Assembly: GCA_002256025.1 (NCBI GenBank)
Contig: NKIB01000522.1
Location: 1 to 32,200, forward strand
Source of the DNA: Asterionella formosa
Taxonomy: Eukaryota
Direction: 5' to 3'
DNA length: 32,200 bases
Numbering within the stretch: the first letter of the stretch is position 1; each line of letters opens with the position of its first letter. A program made the translations under genes and the position numbers. The notes under the pieces were generated by a model, which was not told the origin of the DNA, did not search any database, and was given only the letters and a program-made list of their open reading frames with translations. Positions 1-10,844 of this stretch are shown piece by piece.

Positions 1-11
1 TCTGCTCTGCA

Positions 12-1962
12 ATGAATCTTCCACTTACCTTGGGATTTTGGTCTACGCAAGGTAAATTTGGTGCAGTAGAGGAACTGGTAGGAAACGCTGAAGTTACTGC
101 AACCGCTCTTGCAATGAAAGAGGCGTGTCAGGAGGAAATATATCTGACACTGAATGTGCATGAACGAGGAGACTGGGCTGACAAAGGACGTGATTTTCAG
201 TGGTGGAACAGTCTGACTGGTACGGATCGCTTGTCTGTACTGAATATGCCTCAACTCACTGTTAGTTAGTCTACGATATGGGCTGGCAGCAGCGTTCCAG
301 CGGGAATAAGTATAACTCTGTAAGTGGACATGCTTTTTGTATTGGCGGCTACACGAAAAAGATACTAGACTACAAAGTGAAATCTAAGGTCTGTAATGTG
401 TGCGACAGGGCTATACGGTACAAGAAACCAATCAAGGAACATGTTTGTCCCAAAAATCATGTAACTGGTAGTTCGAAAGCAATGGAACCAGATGCTGGTG
501 TAGAAATGATGATTGATGCAGTAATGAAAAACAATGTTATCTACACTACAATCATCGGTGATGATGATTCTACTATTCGAGCTGTTTCTAAGTGGTCCTA
601 TAAGGAGTTATTGAAACTACAGCCATCCTTCCAATGGCCAAGAACATTGAAAGGATTAAAAAATCGGACAAAGGATGCCTTCCACTGACTGTACCCAAAC
701 CTACATTTCTGTCTGACCCATCCCACAGAGTACGGGTCCTTCTCCGCCCAGCTTTTATGAAATCCAATGGCCCAGTCTCCCTTGAGCGTCCCTCAAAAGC
801 AGATTGTCTCCGGTTGAAAGTTTACTATGGCGCTTGGATTTAAAAAAACCGGAACCTCTCTCTGGCCGAATTTAGTATTTCCTCCAAGGCACCAATCAAT
901 CATTTATTTGGCTGCCACGATTACTGCTCTGAGACATGGTGCCCTGTAAAAGCAGGAAAAATGGTTAGTAACGGAAAATATCATGACAAGGAAAAGGAAA
1001 AAGATTTATACGAATGGTTAATGCTGCATGTTGCAACAAAAGTCGAAGGCGAAAAGCTACTATCGTTGCATCATCCCTTTGACACGCAGATTAATGAGGC
1101 AATGAACAATGCAGTGTTGCGACGATGTCCAAAAAACAAGGTGTTTTTTGGATCTGGAGGCCTTCAGTATCGAGTGGCTTCAGTTGCTGGGCAACACACA
1201 CAAGGAGCAACACAATATACAAGGAATGTATACAAGCAATGTGTAATGCAGATGTCAGCACTGCAAGAATCCTTCTGGAGACAAAAAGAAAAGCGACGAA
1301 GTGACGATGGAGCCTATAAAGCACAATTCAAACGAAAGAGGAAACGAAGCGAAAAAATACATGCAGCACGATTCGAAACAGTCAAACAGGAAAGGCAAGA
1401 TAACAAATCAGGTAAGACTTACGGTTCTGGTGTTGCGCTCACCAGAAGGGAACATCAGGAAACAAGAAGGAAAGGAACCAATGGCTGCAATCATTGTGGC
1501 CGCAATGATCATCAAAGGAAAAGTAGCGCACTCTGTCCATTCAATGTACCGGCAGGCAAAGTGCCTGATCACACTGGTATGCGTATGATCAATGATGATC
1601 AGCTACCTACTACTGTGGATATTGTACCGGCCAACACCCAAAAAAATGTTACATGTGCATCCAGTGTGGCCAGCTTGGGTTTGCAAGACCGCGCAAACCA
1701 GCCCAATCAATTGTCGGTAAGTAATTGAACTTGACCAATCAAAATATTTATAGTGAAGCGTGCACTTACAATGGAATTTTTTGTACAGGCGATTGTAAGA
1801 CGAAAAATCGAATCACAAGACTCCTATTCCAATGATGACGTTTCAGCGATTTGTGATTCTGATTCCGACGTTTTGTTGACCGTTGAAAAGGCCGATATTG
1901 TCGAATTTTTGGACGACGATAGCTCAACATTGGCAGGGTTTGAAGAAGATTTAAGTACATAG
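12..1962 (+). pseudogene. Disrupted DDE transposase (Kolobok-type; often labelled 'Mutator-like')
   Basis: Motifs in order: VS(Y)DMGWQQR (first Asp), KILDYKVKSKVCNVC..HVCPKNH.GSSKAME, IIGDDDST (second Asp), DPSHRVR, HLFGCHDYCSETWC, DTQINEAMNN..CPKNK (Glu), C-terminal CNHC..H..C knuckle. Lesions: about 5-nt insertion with stop at ~267-271, frameshift in the A-run at ~658-663, TAA at 841-843. A putative phase-0 intron 1717-1788 (GTAAGT..TACAG) joins an acidic last exon ending at 1962. Confidence 0.8.
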
Positions 1963-1995
1963 GTAATCTTCATATAGCCCCAGAAGTTAACTTTC

Positions 1996-2117
1996 GGCGA
2001 GAAACTGCAGAAAGGAACTTCGGTTTTTTTACTAGGCCAAATAAACGAGTTAGCCCAGTAAAATCCACTATTTTCAGCATAGTTAAAAACCGAAGTTCCT
2101 TTCTGCAGTTTCTCGCC
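1996..2117. repeat. Perfect 33-bp inverted repeat with 56-nt spacer
   Basis: GGCGAGAAACTGCAGAAAGGAACTTCGGTTTTT (1996-2028) and its exact reverse complement (2085-2117). Confidence 0.95.
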
Positions 2118-2543
2118 AGATCCTATATCCTGACGATATATAGCGTTGACCTATACCCCTACTTTGATAAATGACTGTATTTAAGCATGTGGAAAGGGTG
2201 TGTATTGGTGAAAGCTCCGTTTAGCGATATACATTTACGTTTTACTCGTAAGAAGTCTATGTTTGACTACTCTGACTTAATATTATTTTTTTAACCCTAC
2301 CTCGAGCTAGGGGTTCAAATGCAGGAACCTTAATACAATGAATCGAAACTGAGATCCGGTACTTATTCGTTGAGTAGAGTGCATCGTCGAACATACTCTT
2401 CGTAGTTGTTTCAGGTTTCGATTTATTAATTACTTAAATATTTTCAGTTGGAAGATGGAGTAAAATAACGGTGTCTTATCTTACAGTTTTTCACTGGTAC
2501 CAGTACCTTGTATACTGTAATTGAAGTCTCGAAATAAACGACA

Positions 2544-3137
2544 ATGATGTCGATTCGATTCCGCTTTTTTTGCTTGGGTTGCTGCCTAGCCTTCATTGCT
2601 TGCTTTTCCGATGCATTTTCTGTGAATTCCTTTGAAAATCGGCGCAGTCTTACAATTATCAAAGCGCAAGATGGCTCTGGGGACAATCAATTGCTCAATG
2701 ACTTGAAGATCAGATTTCGGATCTTTCAAGAATCCAATGCAGCTGGTAGTGACATCACGCAAACGCTGGCAAATGTGCTCGCTGGGGAGTACGATGCTGA
2801 ATCTGTTAGGTCGAAGATTAGAACTATGGTTGAATCCGAACCGTGTGTCATGTTCACTTGGGAGAGGTCACCTTCGTGTGTGGCAGCCGTGAAAGCCTTA
2901 GGACTTACAGGGGCTAAATTCAAGAACGTGAGACTTGACGATCCATTGGAGGAAGGCAATCCTCTCCGAGCCGAACTTGGGAAGATGGTGGGCAAATCTT
3001 CTGTGCCTTGCATCTTTATTGGGGGAAACTATGTTGGTGGGTATGATGGTGGTGCCTCGGAAGAAACTCCTGGTATTCTATCGCTGGCGTTTCAAGGTAG
3101 ACTTCGCCCGATGCTAGAGGCTGCAGGTGCACTGTAG
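2544..3137 (+). CDS. Glutaredoxin-family protein, probably plastid-targeted, atypical SPSC active site
   Basis: CVMFTWERSPSC..KAL, LRAELGKMVGKSSVPCIFIGGNYVGG (cis-Pro SVP and GG motifs of Grx). Hydrophobic signal peptide ending SDA-F (ASAFAP-like). Confidence 0.85.
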   Translation: MMSIRFRFFCLGCCLAFIACFSDAFSVNSFENRRSLTIIKAQDGSGDNQLLNDLKIRFRIFQESNAAGSDITQTLANVLAGEYDAESVRSKIRTMVESEPCVMFTWERSPSCVAAVKALGLTGAKFKNVRLDDPLEEGNPLRAELGKMVGKSSVPCIFIGGNYVGGYDGGASEETPGILSLAFQGRLRPMLEAAGAL

Positions 3138-3364
3138 TTTCACCGAATCCATAGAGAGTGCTATAGCTAGCTCTAGAAATAGATCAGAAAATTCATAATA
3201 TCGACTCAATCCCCAATTTTAAGTTTGAAAGCACCAGTAAAGCTCATAGACCGTGCATTCCGCCATAACCACCTACTCCGTGGAACTTCTTCCAGAACGA
3301 CATTCTTGGAAAGCGCAGTGATCCTCTTACATCTGGGAACTAGCAAACATCAGTAACCCTTATC

Positions 3365-4340
3365 CTACAGATAACATAGCTGATACAATACTTTGATGGG
3401 AGTGTGTGTCATTCGCTCGTCTTGAAATGCCTCAACAATCACAGGAGCTTCCGTCACCAAATCATCTGCTGCAGCTTCCAGTAGCCAACACAACTCCAGA
3501 GCCACTCGCCCCTGTAGAGCAGCTTCGTGCGGATTATCTTTGGTATCCAAACATATTACGTGAATGGGAGCAAAACTTTCGGTGGGTTCCCTCATTTGTA
3601 AGTCTTCGATGACGGCGTCAAAGATACGCTCCTCAAAGGCAATAACTACGTCGTGGTGCGCGACAAATTCAGATGGCATATCTTGCCATCGTTGAGGTGC
3701 CGACTTGAATTTTGATGTTAATTATCGGTAGATTACAAAAAGTTGGGAATAATGGAAAAAGTGAAAAACTTACCTTAACAGCAGCCCCTCGCCGACATAG
3801 CTGCAACACGCCATTTCTTGAAAAAAAAGCTTGATCTTCTGGCGTCGTTGCCATGGACTTGTACATTTCGCTATAAGGTGTACCAAATTTGAATATTCTG
3901 GGTTCCATGGAAGACTTTCCTGGTAAACTAAATTCGATATACTGATGAGAAATGAATGGATACGACGCATCATGGAAGGGCTTTCGATTACCTCTGATCT
4001 TACCGAACTTGAGTTCCCGTTCCATAGCTCTCGACTTGCAGTCCTGAAAACGTGGTTGATGTAACAACATGGACGAGGGGTTGGTGGAAATGCACACATT
4101 AGACGGAACTTGGAGTTGGAGCAAATATTTTCAGTCTTGCTTCTACCGTTCACACTCGCACACTTGCATACCTGCATTTCCTAAAACAACATGGGCTTCC
4201 ATTGAACGATTGATATTACTTGAACAAACGACCCCAAAAGAGAGTTTCGAGGTAGGCCTCGCGGCATCAGGCGGAGGAATCCCCGGAGGAGTCGATGGCC
4301 GTTGTAGTCTTGTTGGAACAATCCAAGTATTAGGGGCCAT
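3365..4340 (-). CDS. SSU72: RNA polymerase II CTD phosphatase SSU72, 4 exons: 4340-4172, 4043-4004, 3927-3774, 3703-3365
   Basis: Catalytic VCSSNINRSMEAH motif. GT-AG splicing reconstructs GLQVESYGTGTQVRLPG..FGTPY..NGVLQL..K-SAPQRWQD..DVVIAFEERIFDAVIEDL..DTKDNPHEA in frame. Confidence 0.95.
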
Positions 4341-4536
4341 TCTCCGACAGTATTACAGGTGGGATATTTGTAATTTGAATGCTCTAGGATGATCAGCAGG
4401 TGACATGCTACCTGGCACCAGTATGCTCCTCATCAACCATCGCCAGATTGCTCCAGGTTACCAGGTACCTGTACCATAAAATACTGATTAGCAGTGCATA
4501 CCGACATCCCGACAAGTTGACCTGGTACATTATAGA

Positions 4537-4917
4537 TGTTGAAAGGTCTCGTACTCCTTCCCGTCTGACGGGTTCCTCTTACGTAGGACTTACCTGTTAT
4601 ACCACTAGTGTATTGTTATCTTCTTTCTGCTGCTAGCCTTCCTGCTAGTTTTCGCTATTGACCTTACTCTGCCAATTCTCACTGTCTCTTAATTATAAGC
4701 TTAAACTAAAACTAAGTTTCAATCCCATTCATCACACTTCGAGAACCTGTTCTTCGTGTTCCCTTTTCATTGATGTAAACCTTCTTCTGATTGATCTAAG
4801 ACATCAATCTTGTTAGCAAGCTTCTTGACATGGGAACGCACCATCTGACTCACTGGACTATAGTCAAGTCCACAGTCCTTGTGACTCATTATAGCCATTG
4901 ATGCTATATTCTTGACA
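4537..4917 (-). repeat. 3' LTR of Copia element (381 bp)
   Basis: TGTTGAAAGG...CTTGACA. About 96% identical to 10845-11224 (14 substitutions and 2 small indels by manual alignment). Confidence 0.95.
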
Positions 4918-4931
4918 TCCTCCTCGTTACC
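4918..4931 (-). other. Polypurine tract (PPT)
   Basis: Minus strand reads GGTAACGAGGAGGA immediately before the TGTCAAG start of the 3' LTR. Confidence 0.8.
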
Positions 4932-5823
4932 ATGCTCAAGAAGTTCTAAAATTGTACCACTCAGTACAGGTCCAGATAACCTTGTAAAAATCTACTCTTT
5001 GACATTCTTTGTCAAAATATCTGCTGGATTGTTTTCTGATCTTAGAAATACAATATGCAACTCAACGTCATCTATCATGTTCTTGACATGATGAAACTTA
5101 ATATCAATGTGTTTTGTTCTTGTTCCAAGTTGTTGATTCTTCGCTGTGAATATTGCACCTGTATTATCATCATTTAAAATGCTTGGCTGGATATTTTTAC
5201 CACCTATCACTTCATTGAGTAACATTGCAACATCGCAACGTATTCTGCTTCTGTGCTTGACAGCGTAACGGATGGCTGGCCCTTTGTTTGCCAACTGATC
5301 AACGCACCACCAATGGTAACTGGAAAACCTGTAGTACTTTTCCGGCTTACCTTATTAGCGGCCCAGTCACTATCAACATATGCAATAACCCGTAATTCCT
5401 TAGGTTTTCGAATCATGAGAACTCTGTCCAATTTGTTTGATAAGAATCCAATAACTCGTGAAACTCCATCCCAGTGTTCTTCGCCTGGACAGCTTAAATA
5501 CGAAGACAATTCACGTACTGCATTGGCACGACAGCAGTCATTCCACACCTAAGTGTTTTCGTAGGGGACCTTGTTCCGTGATATCAAAATCCTCCTTGAT
5601 CATATTTTTCATGTAGTCAACTGCATTCCTGGTACCACATATATAACTCCATCATCCAAATATTTTGCCAACAGCCCTTCAATTTGTTCATCGTTGTTAC
5701 GGTAGATAAACAACATTGGGTCTATTTTACTTTTCGTTATAGTACCTGTCTTGCTGGTGACGCATTTCGCAAATGTCTTGGACCAGCATCTTGGAGCTTG
5801 TACAATTCCATACATAGTCTTAA
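4918..5823 (-). pseudogene. Copia pol remnant: RT C-terminal part and RNase H
   Basis: TMYGIVQAPRCW, YLDD, IAYVDSDWAA..RKSTTG, SVTLSSTEAEYVA, DDNTGAIF..RTKHIDIKFH, ENNPADILTK. Frameshifts, stops and an internal deletion near 5550-5610. Confidence 0.92.
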
Positions 5824-6425
5824 GGTTGCTGCATTTGAACCCCTAGCTCGAGGTAGGGTTAAGAAAATAATATTCAGTCAGACTAATCAAACACGTACTT
5901 TACACATATAAATTAAAAATCTATAACGCTCAATGGAGACCCTTTCCATATGCTTAAATACAGTCTTCGGACAAAGTAGGGGTGTAGGTTCACTCAATAT
6001 ATCGTCAGTATATAGGATCTGGTCAGAAACTGCAGAAAGGAACTTCGGTTTTTTAGCTATGCTAAAAAGACTCGAAATTTCGGGGGAAATCTGTTTATTT
6101 GGCATAGTAAATTAAACGATTTGAATATGTCGAACGGATTCAATGCATAGCATATAAAATCGTTAATCGGAGTATAGAGTGTCCATGCATACATGTTGAT
6201 CGTATTTTTAGCATATATATACATTCAGTGACTGAGAGTGTCAATATATATATTTAGCGATTTTGACAAGGAATCTATGTACGTATTCGCAAATTTCCAC
6301 TGATTCAAATATTTCAAATGGAATCACGTCATTCAAAAATAGCTAATTAAATTCTTAATTCCAGGGAATTTTCGCAACCCTAAGCAATATTTTATTTTTT
6401 GCCTAGGGGTTCAAATGCAGCAACC
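5824..6425. mobile_element. 602-bp non-autonomous Kolobok-type element (MITE) inserted in the Copia RT
   Basis: Perfect 23-bp TIRs GGTTGCTGCATTTGAACCCCTAG (5824-5846 and 6403-6425). TTAA TSD at 5820-5823 and 6426-6429. 5824-~6110 is homologous to the reverse complement of 2329-~2030. Confidence 0.95.
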
Positions 6426-6735
6426 TTAATCAATTTGTAGAGATGTATATTCTGATCGATCCCTGTCAATCCTTCTTGGGGCTCAATATAAATGTCTTCG
6501 TCGACATCAGCATTTAAAAACGCTGCTTCAACGTCGATTGCTTCCGCTATCCAACCATAGTACAAAGTAAATGCCAGAACAGTTTTTATTTTAGCATCAC
6601 TTGTAACAGGAGCGAATGTCTCAGTAAAATCAACTCCTGGGATCTGTTCATATCCCTTCACAACCAACCCTGCCTTGTATACTGTCTTGCCGGTTATCAC
6701 GTCCTCCTTCATACGGAAGACCCACCATGTCTTAA
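6426..6735 (-). pseudogene. Copia RT N-terminal fragment
   Basis: LKTWWVFRMK..YKAGLVVKGYEQIPGVDFTETFAPV..IDVEAAFLNADVDEDIYIEP..LYKLIK. Joins in frame to TMYGIVQAPR once the MITE and one TTAA are removed. Confidence 0.92.
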
Positions 6736-7460
6736 GAGCTCCGTCTGCAAATAAAAACTATCATATTTCCATGATGCATCATAGGATTGTGATCATCTGA
6801 TCATAATATTTAGTTATATCATCTAATAATTTTGATAAATGCCTTTGTAATTTAAATAGTAACCCTTTTGACTACATATATTTAATTATTATATGTATTG
6901 TTTCTATTTGATTCCTGTATTCGAATTTCTTGGTAGGATAATGTACCAGTTCAAGTAATGTAATTTGGCTCGTCATTTCCATCAGTCATCACTCCGATTT
7001 TTGCAACAACAACGAAATACTAGCGATGACAAGCGGAATGAATGTTTGCGATAATATCTTCAATTTGTTGGTCAAGTGATCATTATATCTTTGAGTAATC
7101 GTCATGTGCAGTGAACCTTTGTTCATAATCATTCAATTAAGAGTTTACAGGAGAGAAGAAATCATTCGAACTCGTAATGGTTCCGCAAACAGCGCACAAA
7201 GTAAATCTGTTTCGTCGACTTCAGCATGACAATTTCGCCAATCAACCCGAAAACAAACACATTCTACTTGTTCTCGTTGACTTTTTCAATTCTCACATGA
7301 TACTACATCTACTATTGAGATTCAGCATAGAAGGAGATACGAAAATGTGCGTTACAGACTACTGTCCACATAGCTATAGTTATAGAATGACGATTCTGAT
7401 TAGAATTTCATTTTCATATCGCTCGCTCGTTTCTGCATTTGGCATACTGTACTTGAATTA

Positions 7461-7883
7461 ACTGTTGAACTTGTCCGCATCTTTGATACCATCAAGAGAG
7501 CGAAAGCAAGTGGCTCTATTCATTGTTGTTTGATTGTAGGAAACATTTGATATCTGTATCGTCATTTGCTTGTTGGAATTGTCCGTTGCCTCAAACCTGC
7601 TTGGGGTGTGCGTACACACACTGTCGACTTGTTTTCATTGGTATGATGTTCTTGTATTCACTGTTGAACTTGTCCGCATCTTTGTTAACATCAATAGAGC
7701 GACAAGTGGGTTTCTTCATTGTTGTTTGCTCCTGGAAAAGTCGGTGTCTGTGTCATACTCATCAATAGAGAGACAAGTTCTTTCGCTGGAAAAATTGGTA
7801 CTCGTGGTATCATCATTCGCTCGTTGGAACCACTGTCCGTTGCCTCAAACCTGATTAGCGTGTGAGTATGTGCACTGTCGACT
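7461..7883 (+). repeat. Degenerate tandem duplication (about 200-bp unit, 2 copies)
   Basis: ACTGTTGAACTTGTCCGCATCTTTG at 7461 and 7660. TGTCCGTTGCCTCAAACCTG...CACTGTCGACTT at ~7580-7630 and ~7834-7883. Confidence 0.85.
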
Positions 7884-8081
7884 TTTGTACATTACAGGGG
7901 GAGTGACTTAGCTACTAAACTGCGTGATATAATAATATGCCCCTTAGCACGATTCAGAATACAGTTGCTTCCCAATCATCTCATCATGATTGATAAGATG
8001 ATAATGTGATATCATGATAGGGTTACATCGATGCATACATCACCAAAGTATGATACGTAATATTGAATAAAGTACATCACA

Positions 8082-8298
8082 TAGCAACAGTCCTGAACAT
8101 ATGGTGTTCTATTGGTTTTTAGTTTTACGATCATACGATCCTAAAACTATGATGATTTACTGTCCCACTGCAGTAGCAACAGTCCTGAACATATGGTGTT
8201 CTGTTGGTTTTTAGTTTTACGATCATACGATCCTAAAATTATGATGGTTTACTGTCCCACTGCAGTAGCAACAGTCCTGAACATATGGTGTTCTGTTG
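8082..8298 (+). repeat. Tandem repeat, 92-bp unit, about 2.4 copies
   Basis: TAGCAACAGTCCTGAACATATGGTGTTCT starts at 8082, 8174 and 8266; units near-identical. Confidence 0.95.
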
Positions 8299-8690
8299 CT
8301 AGTTTACTACTCCGACTATCCCTAGTATTTCACTTACTACCTGTTACTGGTACTCTGTATATATTTATGATATATTGTTATTGTCATATGATGTACCGGT
8401 ACACAGCATGAAGAGCTCCCGCCCAAAAAAGGAGCTTAAACAATTTGCTACCAAAACCCTTGCGGTTATGACTTACACCAATTGAATGGTCTAAATAATT
8501 AGTTTCAACGGACGTAGAAAATATCGATGCAAACAAATTTCAGCAATAATACCGGTACACGTAGTCGTGGAAAACAATGGACATATAGTGCATTGAGTAT
8601 TTTCGAATTATGTATATGCGAGTATGATCATTTTAACCATATCAGATGTTCCATATCGAGAGCGCTTTGAATTTTATAAATGTATAACAC

Positions 8691-8711
8691 TATATATATA
8701 TATATATATAT
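8691..8711. repeat. (TA)n microsatellite
   Basis: About 10 TA units. Confidence 0.9.
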
Positions 8712-10000
8712 TTACAAATTTTATTACTATATTCATGGCATATATATTTTTGAAATTGTTCTGTCATGTTAACAAACAATGCCTGCTGCTTCATGAAAAG
8801 ATAGGTCGTAGTAAAGCACATGACAAGAAAAGAAAGTTTACGCAATATATAACGAAAAACATTGTGGCTTCAAACGACACATTGCTCATTAGAAGGATGG
8901 AGAATGTTTCAGGTAATGAAGCCATCAATGTGGTACTTGGATGACAATCGTTGGGAGGCAGGACAACAACAAATTTTTAACTAAACGCACATTTCCTTTT
9001 TTCTCAGTTGATTCAACTGCTCGTTTCGCTTGTTGGGGAGCACCAATGTAAAACCAAACCAAATTGCGTAAGTGCTCTTGTCGCTCGCTGGACCTATTCA
9101 CTTCTGTTGGAACAAAACTAAGAAAATGTTTACCTTCTCTCAAAGTTAAGATGACAAAAATGAACCGGTAAGTTTTATTCGACAACATTGGATACCCGAA
9201 ACTTACTTATTCAAGAATTTACTGATAATTTACTGTAATAGACTTATGCATCAGATGCATTGATTTGTGGTAAGTGAAGCAAGAGGATACGGTGGAATTG
9301 TGTGTCGTTGTGTCAATGTAACATGACTAGCTAACAAATCATTCCTTCTCATTGTTACTGTTTCTGCATAGGACAATAAAACCAATCAAACAACGGAATA
9401 GTCGGCAAGTTCAGAATGACACTTACAGCAGGGAAAGAGACACAGCATCAGTAAGGCACTGCCTCGCACACGATTCAGAAAAGAGGAAGAAATTGGCAAG
9501 ACAGGAACAATTTACATTGAGCCGAGTAGAGAGAGAAACGTTGGGTCGCTGGCATGTAGATTAATAGATAGCATTGCTTAATTTGATAGTTAAATTACAA
9601 TCCATTTCAATCTATTTTGAACCATGCTTGTGATTAGAGTTATGATCATGTTTACGATAGATTTATGATGAAACAATTCACATGATAGCATAGAGTTGAG
9701 CTGGTTTTAGGATACGTTGTAGTAATAATTTACATCGGGCGATCACAAGAAGTGAAAATAATATGAGAAGGTTTATTATATTGATGGGAAATGTTGGTTA
9801 TCAGTTTATATACATTGTGTGATGATAATGTTCTTATTATCATTCTACTTCAAGGTCGCTAAAATATTAATAAATCATCATAGTTACAAGATACCTTGAT
9901 CATATTTTTGATCCAAAAATTATCATATATACGAAAATCCTGTGCCACTTAGCATACAATACCCTTGATCCTATATGCATGATACTTTTTATTTGCAGAC

Positions 10001-10844
10001 ATCGCTTGGTCACGTCATTTCTCGTTTTCTTTGCTTCAAATTTCGTCCAATCGTTTTTGTTGTAGTCCTCGATCGTTTGTTGTGTAGTGTTCTCTTGTAG
10101 TTGCTCGATTTCCATCACTGTTTGCTTGATGATCGGATTACCTTTGACATGATACATCGCTCCGAGTTTTCTAGTTTTGTCTCTTTTGCAGGTCAGAAAG
10201 CCGCTCTTGTTTCGTATCCTCATCCTATCGTCCTCGAAGATCACTTGATTATCCTTGTCGATCATTCTAGAGACACTGATGAGTTTCAAGCGTTTTCCTT
10301 TGTACGTAGTCGTCAGGGTGACGGTACCAGAGACAGTTGATACTATCTCAGTTCCATTCCCTACCACGACCGTTTCACTCACTTGTTTCTTGTCTTCCAT
10401 CATGCGCACGTCCGTGCAGATTTGAACGGTAGCACCGCTGTCTAACAACCAGCGATTTCTGACATCACGAGCGAGGTTGCCTTCCTCGTTGTAGCTAATT
10501 TCGATGCACATGGCGACCAACATTCCTTGCTGCTGGGTAGATGTAGTCGTGTTGTTCTCTTCGCTTTTAATATTTTTAGATGCACTGTTACTAGTGCACT
10601 CACTTGCGTAGTGTCCCATGCGTTGGCAGTTGAAACACTTGATCGTTTTCCTCTTTTCTTTCTGCTCAGGAGTGAGCTCCTTCTTGTTGGCTCTATTGCC
10701 CTTGCTGCAACAGTCAGCCGCCTTGTGGCCATACTTGCCACACTTATGACAGTCACCGTTGAATTTCCCTATGGAGTAGAAGGCCTGTTCACTCTTGTTC
10801 TTGTTAGTCGTTTTGATGTCATCCTGGACATAAAAATTAAAGCA
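10001..10844 (-). pseudogene. Copia gag C-terminus (two CCHC knuckles) and aspartic protease
   Basis: Open frame from the LTR edge: CHKCGKYGHKAADC, CFNCQRMGHYASEC, WLLDSGATVQIC..VVVGNG..KLISVSRM. Cut before the integrase zinc finger. Confidence 0.92.

Larger units (their letters stand above)
1..2329 (+). mobile_element. Kolobok-type DNA transposon, 3' portion (left end lies outside the window)
   Basis: Ends ...CTAGGGGTTCAAATGCAGGAACC (2307-2329) followed by TTAA (2330-2333). This terminus matches the TIR of the MITE at 5824-6425 at 22/23 positions. GG...CC termini plus a TTAA target fit Kolobok. Contains a DDE transposase pseudogene. Confidence 0.75.
6736..10000. mobile_element. 3.3-kb AT-rich non-autonomous TIR element inserted at TTAA, right end clipped
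   Basis: Left: TTAA|GAGCTCC-GTCTGCAAATAAAAACTATCAT (core 6743-6764). Right: ATGATACTTTTTATTTGCAGAC (9979-10000), a 21/22 inverted match. Copia coding sequence stops at both ends. Confidence 0.75.

Noticed and set aside
5824..6425. MITE as piggyBac because of the TTAA TSD
   Set aside because: Termini are GG...CC rather than CC...GG, and the linked transposase lacks piggyBac motifs.
8082..8298. Regularly spaced repeats as a CRISPR array
   Set aside because: The whole 92-bp unit repeats with no unique spacers; eukaryotic context and no cas genes.
8411..8439. AGCTCC-n11-GGAGCT stem-loop as the right end of the element starting at 6736, or as a Helitron end
   Set aside because: Only 6-7 bp match the left terminus, the true inverted partner is at 9979-10000, and no CTRR follows.
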